NCBI GenBank assembly: GCA_964429815.1
Contig: CAYSCM010000001.1
Span: 160,001-224,000 of the forward strand
Direction of reading: 5' to 3'
DNA length: 64,000 bases
DNA from: an uncultured Candidatus Saccharibacteria bacterium
GTDB lineage: Bacteria; Patescibacteriota; Minisyncoccia; Phycocordibacterales; CAYSCM01
The notes under the pieces were generated by a model. The model was not told the origin of the DNA, searched no databases, and saw nothing but the letters and a program-made list of their open reading frames with translations. Shown piece after piece: positions 7,165 to 13,820 of the stretch. How positions within the stretch are numbered: position 1 is the stretch's first letter; every line of letters begins with the position of its first letter. A program made the position numbers and the translations under genes.

Positions 7165-8438
7165 GTATCGATTCTTTTCTCAACCTCATTCGACCTCTTA
7201 TCCCGAAGCCGCTCTTTCGCTTGCTCATTTCTCCCTACCACTTTCTTCTCGCGTACGCCGGCGCGCTGAAATATGGCTTTCCCTCAGGCTCTCTTGTCGT
7301 CATCGCGGTCACCGGAACGAAGGGAAAGACGAGCACCACCGAGCTTCTCAATGCCATCCTGGAAGAGGGCGGCGAAAAAACCGCGCTCGCCAACACTATC
7401 CGTTTTAAAGTAGGTACCGATAGCCGTCGCAATCTTTTCAAAATGACGATGCCGGGGCGCTTTTTCCAACAGCGCTTCCTTGCGCAGGCACGCGACGCCG
7501 GGTGCCGCTACGCGATTATGGAAATGAGCTCCGAGGGTGCGCGCCAACATCGCCATCGTTTCATTGATCTCGATGCGCTTATTGTCACCAATCTTGCGCC
7601 GGAGCATATAGAATCCCACGGTTCCTTCGAAGCCTACCGCGCTGCGAAGCTTTCGATCGGGGTACAGCTTGCGGCCTCCCGCAAAAAGCGCCACCTGCTT
7701 GCTCTCAATGCCGATGACGAAAATCTACAACCGTTTTCCAAACTCCCCGGCGTCGAACTACTTCCCTACTCTCTCGGGAAAGTGGTGCCCTACCGCGGCG
7801 ACGATTCCGGAAGTGCATTCACCCTCGAGGGTACGACTATCCTTTCTAAACTCCCCGGTGTCTTTAACATCTACAACATGCTCGGCGCGGCGACACTCGG
7901 GCGCGCACTCGGCGTTCCGCTCGAAACCGTGAAGCACGCCCTTGAGCGTGTCGACACCATCGCCGGCCGTGCCGAGCGCATCGAAGAAGGTCAAACCTTT
8001 CCCGTCATTGTCGACTACGCTCACACACCCGAATCGCTGGAAGCTCTCTACAAAGCATTCGATGGCTATCGGCGCATCTGCGTGTTAGGAAATACCGGCG
8101 GCGGCCGCGACCGCTGGAAGAGACCAAAAATGGCCGCTATTGCGGATTCCTACTGTGACGACATACTCCTCACCAACGAGGATCCCTACGATGAAAATCC
8201 GCGCGCTATTCTTGCGGATATGGAGAGCGGCATCACGAAGCGCACTCCGAAGATCGTACTCGATAGACGCGAAGCGATTGCGGAAGCACTTGCGCTCGCG
8301 AAAAGCGGCGGCGCGAAAAACGCGGTGCTCATTACCGGTAAAGGAACAGATCCCTACATCATGGAAGCTCATGGAAAAAAAACGCCCTGGAGCGACGCCA
8401 GCGTTACCCGCGAAGAACTTAAGAGGTTGCGCGCGTAG
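7161..8438 (+). CDS. Mur ligase family protein (MurE-like central and C-terminal domains; short N-terminus)
   Basis: P-loop VTGTKGKTSTT. Mur ligase motif MEMSSEGARQHRHRFIDLDALIVTNLAPEHIESHGSFEAYRAAK. Substrate specificity cannot be assigned from sequence. Confidence 0.6.
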   Translation: MSIDSFLNLIRPLIPKPLFRLLISPYHFLLAYAGALKYGFPSGSLVVIAVTGTKGKTSTTELLNAILEEGGEKTALANTIRFKVGTDSRRNLFKMTMPGRFFQQRFLAQARDAGCRYAIMEMSSEGARQHRHRFIDLDALIVTNLAPEHIESHGSFEAYRAAKLSIGVQLAASRKKRHLLALNADDENLQPFSKLPGVELLPYSLGKVVPYRGDDSGSAFTLEGTTILSKLPGVFNIYNMLGAATLGRALGVPLETVKHALERVDTIAGRAERIEEGQTFPVIVDYAHTPESLEALYKAFDGYRRICVLGNTGGGRDRWKRPKMAAIADSYCDDILLTNEDPYDENPRAILADMESGITKRTPKIVLDRREAIAEALALAKSGGAKNAVLITGKGTDPYIMEAHGKKTPWSDASVTREELKRLRA

Positions 8439-8462
8439 AGCCTCTGCGCGTAGCATAGATTC

Positions 8463-9413
8463 ATGGCAGAAGGAGGTGGTGGCAAAGGCGCGGGCAGCGA
8501 TGCACTCTTTGTCATCATGGTGCTGGTCGTCCTCTTTATCGTTTGGGCGGCAAGCGGTGGCATCGAGCGGGCCCGCCAAGACCCCGGCTACTTCTTGAAA
8601 CCTCCAGCGCCGCTCGGCTCCGGCGAGGTCTACGGCAGCTCTCTGACGCAAGGAGTGCACCAAACCGGAGACGCCATTTCTCAGAGCCTCTCGCAAGCGC
8701 AAAGCGAGCTCGGCACAAACATTCCCGTTGGAACACTCTCTCCGTATCACGGTCTCGTCCATCTCACGACCATAAGCGGTGCAGGTAGCTTCGAGCCAGC
8801 GCAGGAATACGTCGAGATCGACTACAACGGGGAGGGTTCACAATCTATACCCGTTACGGGATGGCGCATTGTAAGCGCGGTCAGTAATTTCTCCGCCGTA
8901 CTCCCGCTTGGCACCCGTATCCCCAACTCCGGCGCGCTCTCCTACACGGAGCCCATATACCTGCGCCCGGGAGAACAGGCCTATATCGTGACCGGCCGCT
9001 CGCCCATCGGCTACTCGTTCCTCACCAACAAGTGCGTGCCATACTTCCAGCAGTTCCAGAACTTTTATCCGAGCCTCTTTAATTCCTGCCCCTACCCGAC
9101 AGACGAGCTCCTGCGCTCACAAAACCAAGCCGTCCACACCGACAACGCCTGCTACGACTTTGTCTCGACGCTTTCCTCTTGCCGGATCTATCTCACACCG
9201 CTTGACCCATCGCTCTCCGGAAGCTGCCAGAATTTCGTCGCTAACACGCTCACTTATACCGGCTGCGTGGAGAATCATCGCGCCGATGCCGACTTCTACG
9301 GGCACGACTGGCGAATCTACCTCAATCGTGACCAGTCGCTCTGGCGGGATCGTCGCGAAGTCATTAAACTCCTCGACCAGAACGGCCGCACGGTCGACGT
9401 GTTGACCTACTAA
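8463..9413 (+). CDS. Membrane-anchored protein with a lamin-tail-domain-like (LTD) fold
   Basis: N-terminal TM FVIMVLVVLFIVWAA. EYVEIDYNGEGSQSIPVTGWRIVSA...GEQAYIVTG resembles LTD. Several Cys in the C-terminal part. Confidence 0.45.
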   Translation: MAEGGGGKGAGSDALFVIMVLVVLFIVWAASGGIERARQDPGYFLKPPAPLGSGEVYGSSLTQGVHQTGDAISQSLSQAQSELGTNIPVGTLSPYHGLVHLTTISGAGSFEPAQEYVEIDYNGEGSQSIPVTGWRIVSAVSNFSAVLPLGTRIPNSGALSYTEPIYLRPGEQAYIVTGRSPIGYSFLTNKCVPYFQQFQNFYPSLFNSCPYPTDELLRSQNQAVHTDNACYDFVSTLSSCRIYLTPLDPSLSGSCQNFVANTLTYTGCVENHRADADFYGHDWRIYLNRDQSLWRDRREVIKLLDQNGRTVDVLTY

Positions 9414-9448
9414 CTTTGATTTACTACTTAAAGAGACCTAACGGACGC

Positions 9449-9486
9449 ATACTCAAATTCTAAGCTATAGCTTAGAATTTGAGTAT
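9449..9486. repeat. 38-bp perfect palindrome ATACTCAAATTCTAAGCTATAGCTTAGAATTTGAGTAT (copy A)
   Basis: Exact reverse-complement symmetry read from the sequence. It lies between convergent genes (8463..9413 + and 9508..9987 -). A near-identical copy is at 40736..40773. Confidence 0.65.
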
Positions 9487-9507
9487 CGAGAAAGCTATAT
9501 TCTCTGG

Positions 9508-9987
9508 CTACACTCCCTGCACGTAAGCAAGAGCGATGCCCGCAGCGACGGAGACGTTGAGCGATTCTTTAGAACCTCGCATAGGGATTTCAGCGAGGAC
9601 GTCGGCACCCTCGAGAAGGTTCTGACTGATTCCCTCGGTCTCGCTGCCGAGTATGAGGAGAATATGTTTGCCCTTTGGCAGAGCCGACACGGAGATCGAG
9701 CCGCTCCCCTGCTCGAGCGCGGCTATGAAAAAACCTTTCGCACGGTACGTGTCGATGACGGGGAGCCCCGCCTCGGTGTGCTCCCACTTCACCGTTTGTT
9801 CGGCGCCGAGGGAAACTTTGGCGAAATCCGCTCGAGCTCTTCCGAAGCGGTCGAGCGGAGTTGGTGTAGTGCCAACGCAGTAGATTCTTAAAACAGCAAA
9901 AGCATCTGCGGTGCGGAAAATTGAGCCGACGTTGTGGACACTTCGGATATTGTCGAGTATCAGCACGGTCTTTCGCCGTTGACTCAT
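9508..9987 (-). CDS. SpoU/TrmH-family RNA 2'-O-methyltransferase
   Basis: Internal start MSQRRKTVLILDNIRSVHNVGSIFRTADAF (SpoU motif 1) ... LILGSETEGIS ... SLNVSVAAGIALA (motifs 2 and 3). The listed 230-aa ORF has a spurious N-terminal extension. Confidence 0.75.
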   Translation of the reverse strand: MSQRRKTVLILDNIRSVHNVGSIFRTADAFAVLRIYCVGTTPTPLDRFGRARADFAKVSLGAEQTVKWEHTEAGLPVIDTYRAKGFFIAALEQGSGSISVSALPKGKHILLILGSETEGISQNLLEGADVLAEIPMRGSKESLNVSVAAGIALAYVQGV

Positions 9988-10035
9988 GGGGGTTGGGCTA
10001 ATAGTATCGAAAAAAGAGATCCTGAGGAGTTGGTA

Positions 10036-10218
10036 ATGGCGAAGGGTGGGCGACGTAGCGACTGGCGCAATGGAAAACGAAAAGACCACGAGGAGTGTGA
10101 GAGGTTCAATCTCAAGCGTAAATCCTTTGAGCGTGGCTGCATCCGGTGCGGGCAAGGTCCCGTGGACCATACCCGCCGATGTGTACGATGTAAAACCCAA
10201 GAATCGAGGCCCGAATAG
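10036..10218 (+). CDS. Small basic zinc-ribbon protein (CxxC-x10-CxxC), hypothetical
   Basis: GAGGAG Shine-Dalgarno 5 nt before the ATG at 10036. MAKGGRRSDWRNGKRKDHEECERFNLKRKSFERGCIRCGQGPVDHTRRCVRCKTQESRPE. Followed by hairpin GAGGCCCGAATAGGGCCTC plus T-tract at 10206-10235. Confidence 0.4.
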   Translation: MAKGGRRSDWRNGKRKDHEECERFNLKRKSFERGCIRCGQGPVDHTRRCVRCKTQESRPE

Positions 10219-10249
10219 GGCCTCTTACTTTTTAGGGTATACTTTTCCC

Positions 10250-10651
10250 ATGCTCAACCCATTCCCCTACGTTCTCTCCTTCGGTGCATTCGCACCGCTG
10301 CTTATTCGACTTTCTGTTTCTCTCTTTCTCATGCTTGCCGCACGCCACCTCTGGCAAAATCGGCAGCGCGCAGTCGCGGAACTTCTCCCCAAACTAGGCT
10401 CGCTCGCGTGGCCAAAATTCTATGGCCTCCTCGGTATAGAAGTGGCTGCAGCGCTCTCACTTTTTCTCGGATTCTATACGCAAATCGGTGCCATAGCCGG
10501 TATGGTTGTCTTTCTGGGACTCCCCTACGCATTGAAGCGTTTCCCCTCGCTCTCTCCCTGGACCTACGCGCTTCCGCTTCTTCTTGCGCTCCTCTCTCTG
10601 ACTCTTCTCATAACTGGGGCGGGTATCTACGCCTTCGACTATCCGTTTTAA
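10250..10651 (+). CDS. DoxX-family small membrane protein
   Basis: Internal start MLNPFPYVLSFGAFAPLLIRLSVSLFLM... Four hydrophobic helices, DoxX-like size and pattern. Confidence 0.55.
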   Translation: MLNPFPYVLSFGAFAPLLIRLSVSLFLMLAARHLWQNRQRAVAELLPKLGSLAWPKFYGLLGIEVAAALSLFLGFYTQIGAIAGMVVFLGLPYALKRFPSLSPWTYALPLLLALLSLTLLITGAGIYAFDYPF

Positions 10652-10655
10652 CAAG

Positions 10656-10729
10656 TCCGCCCGGCAGGACTCGAACCTGCGACCTTCTCCTTAAAAGGGA
10701 GCGGCTCTACCAAACTGAGCTACGGGCGG
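10656..10729 (-). tRNA. tRNA-Lys (anticodon TTT)
   Basis: Minus-strand read: CCGCCCG-TA-GCTC-AGTTTGGTA-GAGC-C-GCTCC-CTTTTAA-GGAGA-AGGTC-GCAGG-TTCGAGT-CCTGC-CGGGCGG-A. Anticodon loop CU-UUU-AA. Confidence 0.8.
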
Positions 10730-10767
10730 ATGTGCGCTCACATTATAGCGAAAGGATGAATTGCTCA

Positions 10768-10800
10768 AGCGGAAAGGAAGAAACCCCACTTGCGTGGGGC
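10768..10800 (-). terminator. Rho-independent terminator of membrane-protein paralog 1
   Basis: Hairpin CCCCACTTGCGTGGGG followed, on the minus strand, by a T-rich tract. Confidence 0.5.
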
Positions 10801-10807
10801 TTCAAGG

Positions 10808-11449
10808 TTAACCTTCGTTCTCGAATCTCTCTTTAACGAAAGTAAGGAACTGTGAACTTACGACCGTCATGGCGGTCATGAGGCCGTATAAGATTACGAA
10901 GGTTATCACGGTCCAGAATGTTGACAGGGTCCTGCTGAAGATGGTCATCCAAGCGAAATAGAATACCATAACTGCGATGAGCCAGCTGCCAACATCCAAG
11001 TTGCGAAGTGTTATGGGACGAAGCCATTCGCATCGTTCGAAATACTTCGGCTTGCACTGCGCCCGAACATAAAAACGGGTAATGATCGCAGCGATGCCGA
11101 GGGCACTCATGAGAACAAACCACCAGTGTGATAATTCTCCCATTTTCAGTATCGCAGCGTACTCCAAGAAACCTAGCATGTAGGGAAATGCAACATCGGG
11201 GAAACGTGGTGTCGTTCTCATAATGAGTATCCACCAAGAGTATTCCGTTACTACCAGAAGTATTGCACACAATACTGCAAAAGCTTGAAGATAGAGCAAC
11301 ACGGACTCTTTTGTTTCTGCCATCCTCAAGATCAATCCACCAAGAGCGATGCTTTGGATTACTCCAAGCGAGGTGAGGTATGAAGAGGCAAAAAGTTCTT
11401 CAGAACGTCTCCGGAACTCGGCAGCATTTAGGGGCATGACAGCCTCCAT
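10808..11449 (-). CDS. Polytopic membrane protein, unknown family (paralog copy 1)
   Basis: 213 aa with about 6 hydrophobic helices (MPLNAAEFRRRSEELF...). A near-identical paralog lies 1 kb downstream. Confidence 0.6.
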   Translation of the reverse strand: MEAVMPLNAAEFRRRSEELFASSYLTSLGVIQSIALGGLILRMAETKESVLLYLQAFAVLCAILLVVTEYSWWILIMRTTPRFPDVAFPYMLGFLEYAAILKMGELSHWWFVLMSALGIAAIITRFYVRAQCKPKYFERCEWLRPITLRNLDVGSWLIAVMVFYFAWMTIFSRTLSTFWTVITFVILYGLMTAMTVVSSQFLTFVKERFENEG

Positions 11450-11553
11450 AGTCGGTTAGAACTTTTCGAAGCGACCTTACCGCAGAATCTTGCAAAAATC
11501 AATAAATATGTTATCATACTTTCTGGCAAGCTAGATTTTTGAAGGAGACGCAG

Positions 11554-11670
11554 ATGCAAGAAAGCCCTCAAAAGGAACAGGGGTTTTGGGATCGGTGGGG
11601 TACTCTGGTCTTCATCGGTCTACTCTTTGGGACCATGGCTGTAGTCGCGGCAAGCAAGCACTTCGCTTAG
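11554..11670 (+). CDS. Small single-TM peptide (38 aa) with GFW-x2-W motif, divergent from the membrane-protein gene
   Basis: RBS GAAGGAGA upstream. MQESPQKEQGFWDRWGTLVFIGLLFGTMAVVAASKHFA. Below the 60-aa cutoff of the ORF track. Conserved promoter-like TTGCAAAAATCAATAAATATGTTATCAT upstream. Own terminator. Confidence 0.45.
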   Translation: MQESPQKEQGFWDRWGTLVFIGLLFGTMAVVAASKHFA

Positions 11671-11683
11671 CGTCCCACGAACG

Positions 11684-11720
11684 GGCCCCGATGGTTTTTC
11701 ATTGGGGCCTTTTCTTTTTC
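11684..11720 (+). terminator. Rho-independent terminator after small peptide 1
   Basis: GGCCCCGATGGTTTTTCATTGGGGCC hairpin plus TTTTCTTTTT. Confidence 0.6.
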
Positions 11721-11751
11721 CTTAAATAGAAAGAATGAAACGCTCAAGCGC

Positions 11752-11780
11752 GAAAAAATAAGCCCCGCATACGCGGGGCT
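11752..11780 (-). terminator. Rho-independent terminator of paralog copy 2
   Basis: AGCCCCGCATACGCGGGGCT hairpin with a flanking T-tract on the minus strand. Confidence 0.5.
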
Positions 11781-11785
11781 CGGGT

Positions 11786-12416
11786 TCAGCTTTGGCGTTC
11801 AAATTCTTCCTTAAGCGACCTGAGGAAGTTTGAACTTATGATGGCCATCGAAACCATGAGGCCGTACAGGATGATGAAAGTTGTCACGGTCCAAAACGCT
11901 GACAGTGTTTTGCCAAAGATGGCCATCCATAGAAAATAGAAGGCCATCACAGCTACGAGACCACTGCCAATGTCAAGGTTGCGTAGCGTCAGTGGCCGGA
12001 CCCGGTCGCATTCTTCGAAATATTTTGGTTCGCATTGCCCTCGTACGTAGAAGCGCGTGATGATCGCTATGACGGCTGAGGCGGTCATACTGATATACCA
12101 CAGGGGTTCCTTGCCTATCAGCCAGCGCAATCGACACATACTCAAGGATTCCTAGCAGGTACGGAAAGACCGCGTCGAGAAAACTTGGTGTTTTCCTCAT
12201 AATTATTAGCCACCAAGTATATTCAGTTACCACCAGAAGTATTGCAAGTATTGCGGTCATGCCTTCTAACATGAGAACTGTTGAGGTTGGCGATTCAGCT
12301 ATTTTTAGTACGAGTCCACCAAGGGCGACACTTTGAATTACGCCGATCGAACTGAGATAAGACCCTGCAAACATTTCCTCGGAACGTCTTCTGAATTCCG
12401 CTGCGTTTAAAGGCAT
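11786..12416 (-). pseudogene. Frameshifted second copy of the polytopic membrane protein
   Basis: Two overlapping ORFs (11973..12416 and 11786..12145) together align end-to-end with copy 1. The frame switches near 12125-12135 (...EYVSIAL | GKEPLWYISMTASAVIAIITRFYVRGQC...). No homopolymer at the junction. Confidence 0.55.
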
Positions 12417-12523
12417 CGATACCTCCTTAGATCAGATTCGGGGCAAGTTTACAGGAAATATTGTAAAAATCAATAAATGTGATATAACTGGCTTGAAAGT
12501 TCTACTTCTTATTGGAGGTATCC

Positions 12524-12631
12524 ATGGCCCGTGAATCCAAAGGTTTCTGGCAAACCTGGGAAGCTCCTATTGGGGCTGCACTTATGCTCCTGGTACCCGC
12601 CATAGTGTTGGTTCTACTCATCAAATGGTGA
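12524..12631 (+). CDS. Small single-TM peptide (35 aa), paralog of 11554..11670
   Basis: RBS TTGGAGGT. MARESKGFWQTWEAPIGAALMLLVPAIVLVLLIKW. Same GFW-x2-W motif and the same upstream AAAAATCAATAAAT element. Confidence 0.45.
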   Translation: MARESKGFWQTWEAPIGAALMLLVPAIVLVLLIKW

Positions 12632-12651
12632 GGAAAACGAAACCAACTCGA

Positions 12652-12689
12652 AGAGGCCCGTCGCTTCAGCTGGGCCTTTTCTTTTTTAT
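12652..12689 (+). terminator. Rho-independent terminator after small peptide 2
   Basis: AGGCCCGTCGCTTCAGCTGGGCCT hairpin plus TTTTCTTTTTTATT. Confidence 0.6.
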
Positions 12690-13396
12690 TAAATCGATAA
12701 AATAAATTGCTCAAGCGCGACGGGGAGTTCGTGTTCTCCGCGACGAGCGTCGTGGTAGAGGCGGACAAGCTCGTGGGAGAGTGTCAAAAGCTCTTCTCGC
12801 GTGTAATTTTTCGCAAAACTATGTGCTTTTGAAAATACAAACGGCGAAAGCCCGCTCTCTTTGGCATTTTTCGAGGCGCTCGCGAGGAGCATCCCTTTCA
12901 CGATCCAAAAGAGCATTCCGTGAAGCTGCTCCTCCTCGGCGCCGGTTGCCCGCGCCTTTTGATACAAGACCCAGGCATTTTTCCGATCACGGCGACCGAG
13001 GGCGTCAGTGAACGCAAACACGTCAAACGATTCCTTCTTTCCCTTCGGCAACTCAACGATTTCTACTTTTTCTGCATGCCTTTCGATCTTTTTTTTAAGT
13101 TCGGCCTTGGGTTTGCTCTGAAGCACGATAAAAATATTTTCCGACTGCGCAAAATCAGCGATCTTCTCAGCAACAGACCCATCGGCCTCCTCTAAAAGTT
13201 CATCGAGGACAATCACAATTTTGTCGTGAAAGAGGTCCTGCGCACCCGCGTATTCTTCAAGCCTTCCGCTCTCAAGATCCTCGGGGGTTATGCGCACGAT
13301 GGATGGCTCATCGTAGCGACGACTCAGCCCTTCGGTGAGGGTATCGAGTTTTTCGAGCGCTTTCGCACGGTCATTGCCAATAATTGCGTAGAACAT
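12689..13396 (-). CDS. holA: DNA polymerase III delta subunit-like (short HolA)
   Basis: 235 aa. Delta-like N-terminus MFYAIIGNDRAKALEKLD and C-terminus LHGMLFWIVKGMLLA / ELVRLYHDARRGEHELPVALEQFIL. Much shorter than E. coli HolA. Confidence 0.4.
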   Translation of the reverse strand: MFYAIIGNDRAKALEKLDTLTEGLSRRYDEPSIVRITPEDLESGRLEEYAGAQDLFHDKIVIVLDELLEEADGSVAEKIADFAQSENIFIVLQSKPKAELKKKIERHAEKVEIVELPKGKKESFDVFAFTDALGRRDRKNAWVLYQKARATGAEEEQLHGMLFWIVKGMLLASASKNAKESGLSPFVFSKAHSFAKNYTREELLTLSHELVRLYHDARRGEHELPVALEQFILSI

Positions 13397-13397
13397 A

Positions 13398-13820
13398 CTA
13401 GTAGCAAAGATTTATACACTCTTCCAAATCACCAATAAGTGGCAGACCCTTTGCCGCCGTTGGCTTAACCCAGCGAAATGCTTTGTGAGATTTCGGATCG
13501 ATAACAATCTCTTCGGAGGGAGCACGGAGCTTATACATGTGATAGCAAAAATCGTACTCCGGATACGAAACAAAGACTTCCTGTATAAACTGCAGAGCAT
13601 CGCCCGGCACGATCATGCCCGTCTCTTCCTTAAGCTCACGCCTCAGTGCGTCGACGATTGATTCTCCCTTTTCTCGCTTGCCGGCAGGAACGCCCCAGGT
13701 GTTTCCTTGGGGCTTAGTATCCTGCCGCAGGAGGAGTAAAATTTTTCCCCTGTTTTCCACAAAACAAGAGACAACATCAAAGAGAGGGTCGAATGTTTTT
13801 GGTTTTTCTATATAGAGCAT
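13398..13820 (-). CDS. NUDIX hydrolase
   Basis: Nudix box GVPAGKREKGESIVDALRRELKEETGM. Confidence 0.75.
   Translation of the reverse strand: MLYIEKPKTFDPLFDVVSCFVENRGKILLLLRQDTKPQGNTWGVPAGKREKGESIVDALRRELKEETGMIVPGDALQFIQEVFVSYPEYDFCYHMYKLRAPSEEIVIDPKSHKAFRWVKPTAAKGLPLIGDLEECINLCY

Noticed and set aside
8085-8762. Large antisense and alternative-frame ORFs listed across GC-rich genes (e.g. 8085..8762 -, 6430..7122 -, 23191..23832 -, 58181..58822 +, 59276..60244 +)
   Set aside because: In about 60% GC DNA, long stop-free antisense frames are common. These overlap well-supported genes (Mur ligase, ruvA, PBP1a, pnp), have Arg/Ala/Pro-rich compositions and no motifs.
9988-10200. N-terminal extension of the SpoU methyltransferase ORF (listed as 230 aa)
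   Set aside because: The conserved SpoU motif 1 begins immediately after the internal Met at 9987. The extension overlaps the SD and ORF of the plus-strand zinc-ribbon gene.
12502-12768. Listed minus-strand 88-aa ORF antisense to small peptide 2 and its terminator
   Set aside because: It overlaps a plus-strand unit with RBS, ORF and terminator, and the promoter-like spacer. It has no motif and an S/T/R-rich spurious composition.
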